Made by a program: the position numbers and the translations under genes
Source of the DNA: Candidatus Bathyarchaeota archaeon
GTDB taxonomy: Archaea > Thermoproteota > Bathyarchaeia > Hecatellales > Hecatellaceae
Reading direction: 5' to 3'
NCBI GenBank assembly: GCA_052246995.1
Contig: JBQPWD010000007.1
Span: 37,111 to 101,110, forward strand
DNA length: 64,000 bases
Part shown: in pieces, positions 18,388 through 28,377 of the stretch
Layout of the letters: every line of letters begins with the position of its first letter
How positions within the stretch are numbered: the stretch's first letter is position 1
The notes under the pieces: model-generated
The model's input: only the letters and a program-made list of their open reading frames with translations
What the model was told of the DNA's origin: nothing
Databases searched by the model: none

Positions 18388-19687
18388 CTGTTAAAAAATC
18401 TTTAAGCTTCTCAAGCTTAACCTCAAATTCTTCAAATCGATTCATATCCTTAACTTTAACCGCACCTCTCTCCAACTCCTTTTCACCAACGATAATCGTA
18501 AAGCTAAAGTTAAGTTTACTAGCATGCTCAAGCTGTTTTTTAAGTGGACGTTGTCTAAGGTCAAAATCTGCCGAAAAACCCCAGCTTCTAATTTTTTCAA
18601 CAATCTCCAAAACCTTTCCACGAACATTTTCATTTACAGCTGCAACAAACACTTTACCAGATTTTTCAATTTTTGGAAGAAGGTTTGCCTTTTTTAATGT
18701 TAAAATCAATCTTTCAATTCCACCTGCAACACCTGTAGCTGGGAGGTCTCTACCATAAATTTTGCAGAGACCATTATATCTTCCACCTGCAACCACTGCT
18801 CCAACATCAACTTCAGCTTTATCGTACACCTCAAAAACAACACCATCATAGTAGCCTATTCCACGAACGATTCCCATATCTAAAATACACTTACTATTTT
18901 TTCCAAAAGCCTTGAGAAAGTCAATAACGCTTTTAAGCTCTCCTAAGCCATTTAAAGCCTTTTCATTCTTTCCTACAAAATCAGTAACTTCGTCTAAAAC
19001 TTTGTTAGGTTCCCCTTTAATTGAAACAAAACCTAAAACCTTGTTTAAAATTTCATCTTTTAACCCAATCCTTCCCAGTTCGCTTAGAAATTCTTCCTCA
19101 GAAATTTTTTCATGTTTATCAATAACCCTTAAAACTTGTTCAACCTTACCACCCTCAAAAATGCCAACGCTGTTTAAAAAACCTTCAACAAGCTTTCTAC
19201 TGCTAATTTTAACCTCAAAATCTTCCAAACCAACTTCTTTAAGAACATCTATGCTTAAAGCTATAATTTCAGCATCAGCTTCAGGCATCTCACTACCAAA
19301 GATTTCGGCATCCCATTGGTAAAAACAACGATACCGACCATACTGAGGTTCATCATATCTCCACATATTAGAAATTGCACAAAGCTTTAAAGGTAAAATT
19401 AGGTCTTGACGTGTTGCAACCATTCTTGCCAAACCAACAGTTAAATCAAATCTTAACCCAAGCCTTCTTCCAGCTTTATCCTCAAACCAGTAAATCTCAT
19501 CTCTAATAGACGGTCCACACTTAGCTTCTAATGTCTCAAGGTTTTCTATTGTAGATGGTTCAACAAGCTCAAAGTTGTACCTTTCTAAAACTTTTAGTAT
19601 TTTTTGTATAACCCATAGTCTAATTTTCATTTCCTCAGCATCAATATCTCTCATACCTCGAGGAGGAGTGTACTCATGGACTGACAA
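18377..19687 (-). CDS. hisS: Histidine--tRNA ligase
   Basis: PRGMRD, LRFDLTV, WRYDEPQYGRYRCFYQ, VRGIGYY and GGRY motifs; C-terminal anticodon-binding domain. Confidence 0.97.
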   Translation of the reverse strand: MSVHEYTPPRGMRDIDAEEMKIRLWVIQKILKVLERYNFELVEPSTIENLETLEAKCGPSIRDEIYWFEDKAGRRLGLRFDLTVGLARMVATRQDLILPLKLCAISNMWRYDEPQYGRYRCFYQWDAEIFGSEMPEADAEIIALSIDVLKEVGLEDFEVKISSRKLVEGFLNSVGIFEGGKVEQVLRVIDKHEKISEEEFLSELGRIGLKDEILNKVLGFVSIKGEPNKVLDEVTDFVGKNEKALNGLGELKSVIDFLKAFGKNSKCILDMGIVRGIGYYDGVVFEVYDKAEVDVGAVVAGGRYNGLCKIYGRDLPATGVAGGIERLILTLKKANLLPKIEKSGKVFVAAVNENVRGKVLEIVEKIRSWGFSADFDLRQRPLKKQLEHASKLNFSFTIIVGEKELERGAVKVKDMNRFEEFEVKLEKLKDFLTVKG

Positions 19688-19793
19688 AGTTTATCAACCT
19701 AACCTCTAACCCTAACATTAAAGCAAACTATTTTAACTTTAACATTTCTTTTTTTAAATTAATTAAAAAAAAAATATCCTTTGGTGAAAAAAG

Positions 19794-19994
19794 ATGGTTG
19801 AGAAGCATAAACATTGTATTGTATGTGGAATATCAATTGACCCGGATAAAGAGCCACCTATTTGTAGCAAAAAATGTGAATACATATGGGGAAAAAGGGT
19901 TAGAAGAGAAAGAATAGCGGTAACCCTTCCGTTTATATTTATCATAGCATTTATTGGTGTAATGTTTTTAATTTCAATACTTTCTGGAAGGTAA
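19794..19994 (+). CDS. DUF2116 family Zn-ribbon membrane protein
   Basis: HKHCIVCG.SI....CSKKCE followed by a C-terminal transmembrane helix. Confidence 0.85.
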   Translation: MVEKHKHCIVCGISIDPDKEPPICSKKCEYIWGKRVRRERIAVTLPFIFIIAFIGVMFLISILSGR

Positions 19995-19998
19995 AATT

Positions 19999-21087
19999 TT
20001 AAGTAAATTTTTTCTCCAAAAAAATTTGGAGACCACTTAAGTTACTAAAAATTTTTGTTGAATGGAATACAATCCATGGACTTGGATTTTTAAGTTTACA
20101 AACAGTAAGGGTGGGTTTACCTAGATTTCTTGCATAAAAAAGTTCCATACATGTTCCTGCTGAAAGTGTTGGTAAGTATGCAACAAAAAGGCTGGAAACA
20201 CCTATATCAAGCAAGTCTCTCTTAATAAATCCTTCTGGAAAAGTATTACGTTTACTATTAAACCTGTAAAAAACTTTTTCACGTTCCCATGCATCTAAAA
20301 CTTCAAACCCAAGATTCTTAAGAATTCTTTTAAGTTTAACTCTGTAAGCTTGTTTTTTCTCCATACCCTGGATAGGCCCCGCAACGAATACTCTTTTAAG
20401 GTTAAACTTCACACCCGTAAAAATGTCAGGTTTATCAGTAACTATTCCATCAACTCCATTTTTAATGAGTATTTTACCATCATCAACATTGTTAACAGTC
20501 CAAGCATAAACTTTTAAACCATCTTTATGCAGATTTTCAACAAAATCCTTTGATGCATAACTGTAATGCTGGAAAACAGCCTCAGCCTTAGCATTGAGTG
20601 CTTGTTGGGATGGGTTTAAAGGTTTACATTTAAATATGATACCACAAGTAATTTTCTTGTTAAGTGTTTTAACACTTCTTATTATTTGATGATTAAATGA
20701 TACCATAATGACGTCTTCAACGATTCTCTCTTTTTCTAAAAGTTTTACGATCTTTCTTTCTAAACCCTCAGATTTAACTTCAATAACAAGTTTAACCCTA
20801 CCTTTAACAGCATTTAAAACCTCCTTAAGCGTCGGGATTTTTTCGCCTAAGGCTAAATTAAGCCTTTTAAGCCTGTTTAAAGTTAAATTTTTAACAAACC
20901 CTTTTCCATCACTAACTCTATCAACAAACTCATCATGAATAACAATAAGCTCGCCATCCTTACTTTTCCTAACATCAACCTCAACCATGTCTGCCTTAAG
21001 CTTTATGGCGGTTTCAACGGCTTTTAAGCTATTTTCAGGTTCATATGCGCTTGCACCTCTATGAGCAATAATGAGGGTTTTACCCAA
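19999..21087 (-). CDS. Glycerophosphodiester phosphodiesterase fused to a C-terminal nucleoside 2-deoxyribosyltransferase-like domain
   Basis: GDPD motifs AHRGAS..PEN, EVDV, IHD, IEVK, WTVN, DGIVTDKP; then NDT-like VFVAGPI...RDL...SAGTCMELFYA..LGKP. TTG 21087 follows a GGTGA RBS. Confidence 0.85.
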   Translation of the reverse strand: MGKTLIIAHRGASAYEPENSLKAVETAIKLKADMVEVDVRKSKDGELIVIHDEFVDRVSDGKGFVKNLTLNRLKRLNLALGEKIPTLKEVLNAVKGRVKLVIEVKSEGLERKIVKLLEKERIVEDVIMVSFNHQIIRSVKTLNKKITCGIIFKCKPLNPSQQALNAKAEAVFQHYSYASKDFVENLHKDGLKVYAWTVNNVDDGKILIKNGVDGIVTDKPDIFTGVKFNLKRVFVAGPIQGMEKKQAYRVKLKRILKNLGFEVLDAWEREKVFYRFNSKRNTFPEGFIKRDLLDIGVSSLFVAYLPTLSAGTCMELFYARNLGKPTLTVCKLKNPSPWIVFHSTKIFSNLSGLQIFLEKKFT

Positions 21088-21330
21088 AGAATTCACCAAC
21101 AACAAAGGTTTCAACATAAACTATTAAACCTTTAACACAAACAAAAGCATGGAAAAACTGTTAATTTTTGAAGTTGAGCTTATGCTAAAATAAATGTAGA
21201 TAAGATTGGATATATGATATTGTTTAACAAGCTTAGAACTTGGTAATAGTGAAACTTTTGGTGTGCCGATACGGCCATCAAGACGAGAATAATTTAATTT
21301 TACAAATTTCCAATTTGACAGTTAGTAGAT

Positions 21331-21501
21331 ATGGTAAAGATAATAAAAGTAAATCCAATAAATCCTGAAAAAACTGATTAGAGAAGTCGCTGAAATAATT
21401 TCCAATGAAGAACTTGTAGCCTTTCCCATAGAAACAGTTTATGGGTTAGTGGCTACGCTTACGGCAGTGAAGCAGTTATTAAGATTTTTAAAGTAAAAAG
21501 A
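21331..21501 (+). pseudogene. sua5: Sua5/TsaC (threonylcarbamoyl-AMP synthase) N-terminal remnant
   Basis: Three successive frames read MVKIIKVNPINPEK / LIREVAEIISNEELVAFPIETVYGLVA / YAYGSEAVIKIFKVKR, matching the Sua5 LVAFPTETVYGL..AV.KIF..K motif; two frameshifts, then truncation. Confidence 0.85.
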
Positions 21502-21588
21502 AACATTTTCTTTTTCTGCTTCATGTCTTGCGTTAGGTTTATTTTTTAGCAAACTGGTATTTTTTTAAAAAACATTTGTGGAAGTTTT

Positions 21589-22446
21589 ATGGTTAGAATT
21601 TCGTCCATACAGTTTAAGGTCAAAAATGTTAAAAATTTTAAAGAGTTTGAAGAACATGTTGAGGAAATAGTGGTTAAGGCTAAGAAGAATAATTCAGAGT
21701 TTATTGTTTTTCCTGAATATTTTACAATTGAAGCCGTCACCGCCTATCCTTCCCCAGTTAAGCTTAATGAGGCATTAAAAAGGCTAGCTGAGGAATATTT
21801 TGAAGAGTTTAAAGGATTTATGGAGAGTTTAGCTAAAAAATATCAAGTATTTATTGTTGCTGGAAGTACTCCGGAAAAAATTGGAGATAAATACTACAAT
21901 ACAAGCATGTTAATTTCACCTGAGGGAGAGGTTGGCAGATATAGAAAAATTCACCTTCACGCCGCGGATAAGGTTATGGGATTAGATGGACATGGAGAAG
22001 AATTAAAGATTTTTGAAACACCTTATGGAAAAACTTCGATAATAATCTGTTATGATTCAATTTTTCCTGAAATTTCAAGAATTTTAAGGTTAAAAGGTGT
22101 TGAAGTTCTCTTTGTACCATCAGCAGCACCAGATAAATCAAGCTTCCTAGATTTAAGAAGATGCTGTGAAGCGAGGGTTGTGGAGAACCAGTTTATTGTT
22201 GTTCATTCAGTACTTGTTGGAGAGATAAAAACTGAAGAAGAATTTAGATTTTACGGTAAATCCTCAATACTTTATCCTGGTGGAAACAAAGTTTTATCTG
22301 ATGGAAAAATAGGCAAAGAGCTTGTTGTAGTGGCGAATGTAGATATGGAGCGGGTGAGGTTGAGAATAAAAAATCAGCATGTTATAAAAGATTTAAGACC
22401 GAAAATTTACAGTGAGCTTTGCAAAAGTAGCTGGAAAGTTGAATAA
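21589..22446 (+). CDS. Carbon-nitrogen hydrolase (nitrilase superfamily)
   Basis: E-K-C triad: VFPEYF, YRKIHL, ICYDSIFPE; ARVVENQ. Confidence 0.93.
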   Translation: MVRISSIQFKVKNVKNFKEFEEHVEEIVVKAKKNNSEFIVFPEYFTIEAVTAYPSPVKLNEALKRLAEEYFEEFKGFMESLAKKYQVFIVAGSTPEKIGDKYYNTSMLISPEGEVGRYRKIHLHAADKVMGLDGHGEELKIFETPYGKTSIIICYDSIFPEISRILRLKGVEVLFVPSAAPDKSSFLDLRRCCEARVVENQFIVVHSVLVGEIKTEEEFRFYGKSSILYPGGNKVLSDGKIGKELVVVANVDMERVRLRIKNQHVIKDLRPKIYSELCKSSWKVE

Positions 22447-22456
22447 AAATTTCTGT

Positions 22457-23392
22457 TTACTTTACGTGAACCATCTTTTTTAATTCTCCAACAGTTACGA
22501 GTTTTTCAGCTACAAAGTCGTGTTTATGGATTGTTTCCTTGCTTAGCTGTTTAAATTTAACAGAAATATTATCAGGTAAGTTTTTAAATTCTTTAATGAA
22601 GTTTTTCATCATGAATCTTATACAATCCTCAACAAATCTGGGTTTGTTAACAGCCTGCTTTACAAGCTCAGCTTCATCAACCCTTTTAAGTAAACCATAA
22701 CTTGAAGAGCTCATAGAATCCTCTATAATTTTTACAAGTTTAAATGCATCAACACTAAAGCCGTCAGGAACTTCCATAATAATCAAACCATAGCTACGCT
22801 GCATATGAGTTGCCCATGGAAAATCATTAAGGAGACTTTCATATTGAGTTTTTTTCCTGTTAAACTCCTCCTTTAGCATTTCCTGGGCACAAGGACAAGC
22901 AGTTATCCCTTCAACAAGTACACCTATCTTCTTCTTAGTAAAAATTGTACCATCAGATTTTTTGTAAGCTGAAGCCAAAGCAAAAATTTTACATGGTTCA
23001 TAACTTACCATACCTGTTTTTGGCGCGGTTTTTTTAACCATAGCCTCACCAACAGCCCTAACTTCAGCACGAGTTACATAGTTATGCTTGTTTAGAAGAT
23101 CTTCAACAATATGTTTACAAACATCTTCAAGCTTGTAGGTTTTACCCGCAAACTTCTCTAAACCCTCAACAATAGTTTCATAATGTCTTGACGCATGAAT
23201 CCCTCTTTGATTTTTAGGCAAATTTACATATACAGAAAATGTGGGAACAACCAATGTTGGATGTTCACCAAAATAAATAAAACCTATAGGCATTTTTACA
23301 CCAACAATTCCAACCTTGTCTAATGGAATCTTTATTTGTGGTTGAACGTCATGAACTTCAGGTAAATTTTCTAGGGGATCCACTCTAACCAT
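22457..23392 (-). CDS. mptA: GTP cyclohydrolase IV MptA (FolE2 family)
   Basis: DVQ, KVGI, RGIHASR, GITACPCAQ, THMQRS, LLKRVDE, PRFVED and ETIHKHD motifs. Start set to ATG 23392. Confidence 0.92.
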   Translation of the reverse strand: MVRVDPLENLPEVHDVQPQIKIPLDKVGIVGVKMPIGFIYFGEHPTLVVPTFSVYVNLPKNQRGIHASRHYETIVEGLEKFAGKTYKLEDVCKHIVEDLLNKHNYVTRAEVRAVGEAMVKKTAPKTGMVSYEPCKIFALASAYKKSDGTIFTKKKIGVLVEGITACPCAQEMLKEEFNRKKTQYESLLNDFPWATHMQRSYGLIIMEVPDGFSVDAFKLVKIIEDSMSSSSYGLLKRVDEAELVKQAVNKPRFVEDCIRFMMKNFIKEFKNLPDNISVKFKQLSKETIHKHDFVAEKLVTVGELKKMVHVK

Positions 23393-23468
23393 GAAAAACA
23401 ACACCACAAAATCTATACACAGCCTCTTAAGGAGAAGTACAACATTCATAATTAAAGATTTTTAAAAA

Positions 23469-25022
23469 CTAAAAAACATCAAAGTCTTGAAGATAACCTC
23501 TCCCAGTTTTAAGTGCAATATTTGCTTTTTGAAGTTCAGAGCCAAGATAAATTGCATGGTCTAGAAGGGAAATTAAGCCTTCTTTAACAATTCTTCTACC
23601 TAACATCATCGGGTTTGAGCCCTCAAAGATAATAGGCGGCTTATTTTTATCGTAGCTAAAATAGAAAACAACAATTTTCCCTTTTTCCTCGTTAACATAG
23701 ATTTTAAAGTACCCCCTAGGATCTTTAACATAACCTTCACTTTCCATGTCAACCTTGACCATGCATGCTTTAGACTTCCAGCATTTGAACTCCTTTTTAA
23801 GTAGATCTTCGTCCTTTCTAGTTTTTTCCTTAAACCTTAAAAGGTCTATACCAAGATTTTTTGGTGGAACTTGAAGATTTTTTGCAACTGAAACCATTTT
23901 GATGGCTGTTGAAACTTCAAAAACGCTTCCTTTAGTTTTGTTGCTGGCTTCGGTTGTAAGTATGATGTTTGCTTTAACATCAAAGGCTAAGAGTGTAAGT
24001 AAAAAGTTTAACCCTTGAGAGTCAGCATCAACAAGCTCGGTTATATTTCCAGCGCCAAAAAGCATAGGAATCTTAGGGTTCCTTTTTCTAAACTCAAAGT
24101 ATCCAAGTATTGAATCAACAAAGTTGTTAATGCTTAGTAGAGGGTCTGCAATTATGTAGTTAAAGCCAAATTTTTTAGCAAAATAAATGTTTTCTTCTAG
24201 TACCTTAACCCTTTCAACATAATTTTTAGGAATGTAACCATCTTTAGCTACAGGGGTTACAACAACTGGTGTTTTAAGGATTCTGTCATCCTTAGAGAGT
24301 TTTTCAACATTTTCACTATTAATACTTAAAATAAGGTTTGCACCAGCTTTAACAGCAGCTTTAATCTCATTTACATTAACAGAGTCTATGCTTATAGGCT
24401 TACCTAAGTTTTTAGATAAAAATTTAACTAGACTATAAGCTTTTTCGGGTTTTTCGTCACCTGCTTCCATGCCTACATCAATAATGTCGGCTCCATCTTT
24501 AACGTACTTTTTAGCCTTATCCAAGACTTCGCTCTTTGGAAGGGAGGGGGCGTTAACAATCTCCGCCATAACAATTGGTAAGGTTTTACTAGAAGCGTAA
24601 ACATTTTCTCCAGAAAAGCTTTTGTCTTTAAACCTTAAAGATTTAACACCAGCTTGCCAGCATTTTTTAAGTTTTTCACTTAAAAGTTCACATGCTGGTT
24701 TAACTGTTGAAAGCTCAAGCTTATCTATGTTTTCAAGGATTAGTTGAAGGTCTACTGCATGTTTAGGTCCTTTAAAAACGGCTACACCTAGGCTTTTTGA
24801 AATTTCAGCTACAGAACCTTTAATCATACCTGGAACAAGTATAAGGTTATAACCGTCAATGTTAGCCTCTTTAAGCTTTCTTAAAATGTAGGCTGGAGTT
24901 AAAAAAGCTGCAACCTGAATAGGTAAAACCAGCACATCAGCCTTAACACTGCTTTTTTTAACCTGTTTTTTAACAGCACCTTCTGCAAGTAAACCTGTAA
25001 CTATAAGAATTTTCTTATTCAA
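23469..25022 (-). CDS. Dihydropteroate synthase-like protein (MJ0107 type, C-terminal DUF4346)
   Basis: KILIVTGLLAE, KGPKHAVDL, MAEIVNAP, GADIIDVG, GNITELVDADSQG, DPRGYFKI and HAIYLGSELQKA motifs. Confidence 0.9.
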   Translation of the reverse strand: MNKKILIVTGLLAEGAVKKQVKKSSVKADVLVLPIQVAAFLTPAYILRKLKEANIDGYNLILVPGMIKGSVAEISKSLGVAVFKGPKHAVDLQLILENIDKLELSTVKPACELLSEKLKKCWQAGVKSLRFKDKSFSGENVYASSKTLPIVMAEIVNAPSLPKSEVLDKAKKYVKDGADIIDVGMEAGDEKPEKAYSLVKFLSKNLGKPISIDSVNVNEIKAAVKAGANLILSINSENVEKLSKDDRILKTPVVVTPVAKDGYIPKNYVERVKVLEENIYFAKKFGFNYIIADPLLSINNFVDSILGYFEFRKRNPKIPMLFGAGNITELVDADSQGLNFLLTLLAFDVKANIILTTEASNKTKGSVFEVSTAIKMVSVAKNLQVPPKNLGIDLLRFKEKTRKDEDLLKKEFKCWKSKACMVKVDMESEGYVKDPRGYFKIYVNEEKGKIVVFYFSYDKNKPPIIFEGSNPMMLGRRIVKEGLISLLDHAIYLGSELQKANIALKTGRGYLQDFDVF

Positions 25023-26655
25023 CTCGGTCTTTAACCCCTATGTAAATTGTTAAAAAAGCTATGATAAGAAGGAGGAAACTTAAGGTTAAGGGTAAAGCTA
25101 GGCTTTCTAAGCCTACCAGATAAGTTACCATAAAAAGTATTAAAGGGAATAAACTTACAACTAAGCCAACAAAAACTACTGGCATAAGTTTGATAAGGTT
25201 GGAAGGTATGTTTATAGTCAAGGTTTCACCACCAACCTTAAAAGCCACATAAAGCTCAAAAAGTATTCCAGCAACAATTGCAGGTTGAAAGGTAAAGAAA
25301 AGTGCAAGGAAATAAAAACTAAAACTTTTAGCAATAAGAAAAGTTGAAACTACCGTTAACGTTGGGGCATAAACAACTGTTACAAGTAAAGCTTTAGAGA
25401 AAATTATTGTTCTTAGACTTAGGGGTAGGGTTAGTGGATAAGCGTTTGAAGAAACATCACCCCCAAGAATGTATGGAGTAAGAAAAGCAAAAATTGCAGC
25501 TAAGCTTGAAAAAATGAAAAAAATATCATTTAAATTGATGCTATTCTTCCAGCTTATTGGAAGGATAATAGAACCAATAAAAACTATGGGAAAAATAAAG
25601 GCTAAAAATTGCGAGGGATCTCTAGACATAATTTTAAGGTCTTTTAAAATTAAAGCTTTAAATACGCCTCCACTAAACCATACCCAAACATTTTCCACCA
25701 ACTTTAAATCTTTCCTGAAAAACTTAACTCCTTCACCTGTACAGATTTTTGTTAAAGTTTTTCCAGCCCATTTACTGCCAAAAAAACCTAAAAGGGTGTA
25801 GAAAGTTAAAGATATGAGAAGCAGCAAATAATGGCTGGAAGTAAAAACAGAATGTGGTTTAAAGTTTGCAGTTAATGATGCCAACAAGCTTAATGGTAAA
25901 GGATATATTAGGTATGCAAGCCTATTTGAAGTTAAAGCCTCTTTAAGAAAGGCTACAACAAGGTTTATCGTGAAGGGTTTTGATATAAAAATAAACCATA
26001 TGAAACCTACACCCGCAAAACCCAGTGCCCATAAAAACATTAAAAAAATTCTTAGAAGAGATTTAGCTTTTGAAGAAGTAAAAACAAGAAATCTACTGTA
26101 AAATATTTTTGAAAACCAAGTTATGCATAGAAAGGCAATCAAGATATTTATAAGACTTACAAATATAATGGATAAAAATGCAAAAACTGACATTGACAGA
26201 TAACCATAAACTATTGATAATGGGACAATAAGTAGCATAAGTGGAATGTCAAAAAATGAGACAAAAGTTGCTGATGGAAGCTTTGCCAAGTCGTTAGGGG
26301 ATATGGGTAGGTGGTTAATAGCTAAGAAGACTTTAGAAGTATACATTGAAATTATAAGGTTTAAGCCAATAAAGATTATGAAGAAGAAGCTTAGAAGTAG
26401 GTATAGCGTTATCAGCGTTACATCAAAAAAGAAAGCATCCTCAGGGTTAAATAAATCTAATCTTAAAAAACTAAGGTAGATGGATAAAAAAATGAAGATT
26501 CCTGTTAATGAAATTCTACTAAGCTTGCTATCTCTAAGTGAGAGTTTTATTGCTGTTTTAAGATCACCCTTAAATATTCTTTTTTCAAACGAAGCTTTAA
26601 AAATAGCTTCTTTATAGAGGATTTTGCCGATTTTAAATATTTCTTTAAACTTCAC
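25015..26655 (-). CDS. ABC-2 type exporter permease (multi-TM)
   Basis: Many hydrophobic segments; LPIS/LPLS and ILKDLKIMSRDP motifs; overlaps the ATPase gene stop. Confidence 0.8.
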   Translation of the reverse strand: MKFKEIFKIGKILYKEAIFKASFEKRIFKGDLKTAIKLSLRDSKLSRISLTGIFIFLSIYLSFLRLDLFNPEDAFFFDVTLITLYLLLSFFFIIFIGLNLIISMYTSKVFLAINHLPISPNDLAKLPSATFVSFFDIPLMLLIVPLSIVYGYLSMSVFAFLSIIFVSLINILIAFLCITWFSKIFYSRFLVFTSSKAKSLLRIFLMFLWALGFAGVGFIWFIFISKPFTINLVVAFLKEALTSNRLAYLIYPLPLSLLASLTANFKPHSVFTSSHYLLLLISLTFYTLLGFFGSKWAGKTLTKICTGEGVKFFRKDLKLVENVWVWFSGGVFKALILKDLKIMSRDPSQFLAFIFPIVFIGSIILPISWKNSINLNDIFFIFSSLAAIFAFLTPYILGGDVSSNAYPLTLPLSLRTIIFSKALLVTVVYAPTLTVVSTFLIAKSFSFYFLALFFTFQPAIVAGILFELYVAFKVGGETLTINIPSNLIKLMPVVFVGLVVSLFPLILFMVTYLVGLESLALPLTLSFLLLIIAFLTIYIGVKDRVE

Positions 26656-27458
26656 TGTTCATTAAAAGCCTCACGTAAAGCTTTAACAGTTTCAGCTACA
26701 AGCTTATCTTCCTCAATTACTCTTAAAAGTATTTCTTCAAGGGAAGCATCAGCCTCACGTATAAGTTTTCTTAACTCTTCAACAGTTCCTTCAGCAATAA
26801 TTTTACCTTTGTTAATTATACCTATTCTTGTACAAAGTTTTTCAGCAACCTCTAAAATATGGGTTGAAAAAAGAATTGCCCCTCCTTTTTCAACATGTAA
26901 CCTCATCAAGTCCTTCAATATTCGTGAAGACTTAGCATCAAGACCAGTCATAGGTTCATCAAAAATTAAAAGAGGGGGATCGTGTAAAAGAGCTGAAATT
27001 ACTGCTATCTTTTGCTTTATTCCTGAAGAAAGAGAAGCTATTGGAGTGTTAAAATAATCTTTAATTTCAAAAGCTGATACAAGCTGGTTTAAACGTTTAT
27101 TAGCAAAATCAAGATTTAAACGTCTGATGGAAGCGATAAACTCGAAAAATTCTTTAGGTGTAAGAGTTTCAAGAAGTAAAACGTCCTCCGGAACATAGCC
27201 AACTAAACTTTTAACCTTTACAGGATCCTTTAAAGGTGAAAAATTAAAAACCTTAACCAACCCCTCCGTCGGCTCTAAAAGACCTAAAATGATTTTTAAA
27301 GTTGTAGTTTTACCAGCACCATTTGGACCTAGAAGACCGTAAATCTCACCCTTTCTAACTTTAAAGGAAACTCCGTTTAAGGCTTTAAAGCCATTATATA
27401 CTTTAACAAGATTTTGAACTTTGACAACAATGTTGTAGTTGTTTAACTTGGAAGTCAA
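26652..27458 (-). CDS. ABC transporter ATP-binding protein
   Basis: Walker A GPNGAGKTT; signature LSSGIKQK; Walker B LIFDEP; STH switch. Confidence 0.95.
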   Translation of the reverse strand: MTSKLNNYNIVVKVQNLVKVYNGFKALNGVSFKVRKGEIYGLLGPNGAGKTTTLKIILGLLEPTEGLVKVFNFSPLKDPVKVKSLVGYVPEDVLLLETLTPKEFFEFIASIRRLNLDFANKRLNQLVSAFEIKDYFNTPIASLSSGIKQKIAVISALLHDPPLLIFDEPMTGLDAKSSRILKDLMRLHVEKGGAILFSTHILEVAEKLCTRIGIINKGKIIAEGTVEELRKLIREADASLEEILLRVIEEDKLVAETVKALREAFNEQ

Positions 27459-27537
27459 CTCTAAATTTTAAAATACCAAGATATAGAAAAACTTTAAGAA
27501 ACTGTTTACCAACTTTATCCAGCATGGAACTATCTTT

Positions 27538-28332
27538 TTAACTTGCAAGATCCTTGTAACTTATTTTTTTAACACCTTTAATTTCTTCACCATTAGAAGT
27601 TAAATTTAAAATTTCAGCTCTAGCCCATGTTGAAAGCCATTCAATAAGCGTTTTAGCTATTTTAAGCTTTAAGATTTTAATTTTTAAAGCCTTAGGATTA
27701 AGCATGTAAAAATCTTCAGGTTTAGAATAAACACCAATCCTACTACCAAAATTCATTCCAGCTAAAATGATCTTTTTTACATTAAACTTTTCACCTAAAA
27801 AAACGCAGCGATCTCCGTCAGTAAATCCTCCAAAATTGTAAACTCTTGCTACAGGTTTGACTTGAGTTGTTCCTAAAACTTTTTTAAATGCTGGTACATA
27901 GGTTTTTAAAGTATCAATGTTATCGCCATGAGCATGGACAATGGGAATTGAACCTAGTTTTGAAGCTTTAAAAATATCTTCTAATCTTCCATCAAGGTCA
28001 GTTACTATGAAGTCGGGGACTAATCCGACTCTTAAAACTGGGGTTGTTGCACCATCAGCAGCAGCAATTAAACATTTCTTGTAGAAACCTGAATTTAAAA
28101 CTTTTTGAAGGTCATCTTCAACACTTGGACCTGCACCAACCACAAGTAAGGTTTTTTTGGAAAACTTTTTAGCTAAATCGTTTACCTTTAAATTTTTGTT
28201 GAGAATAAGTCTGCTTAAAACGTAGGCTGATTTTTGGTCTAGCTGTCTATTTAAACCCAACATTCTGGCTATTCTACCATACCAAAACCACCAATCTTTG
28301 AGTTTGAATTGTGAAGTCAACTTTAAACCCAA
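27538..28332 (-). CDS. mptE: 6-hydroxymethyl-7,8-dihydropterin pyrophosphokinase MptE (DUF115)
   Basis: VVGAGPS, AADGAT, IVTDLDG, VHAHGDN, GTTQ and NFGGFTDGDR motifs. Confidence 0.93.
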   Translation of the reverse strand: MGLKLTSQFKLKDWWFWYGRIARMLGLNRQLDQKSAYVLSRLILNKNLKVNDLAKKFSKKTLLVVGAGPSVEDDLQKVLNSGFYKKCLIAAADGATTPVLRVGLVPDFIVTDLDGRLEDIFKASKLGSIPIVHAHGDNIDTLKTYVPAFKKVLGTTQVKPVARVYNFGGFTDGDRCVFLGEKFNVKKIILAGMNFGSRIGVYSKPEDFYMLNPKALKIKILKLKIAKTLIEWLSTWARAEILNLTSNGEEIKGVKKISYKDLAS

Positions 28333-28377
28333 ATTTTAGATAGATTTTATTTCCCATTAAGTTTAACCTACAGTATT

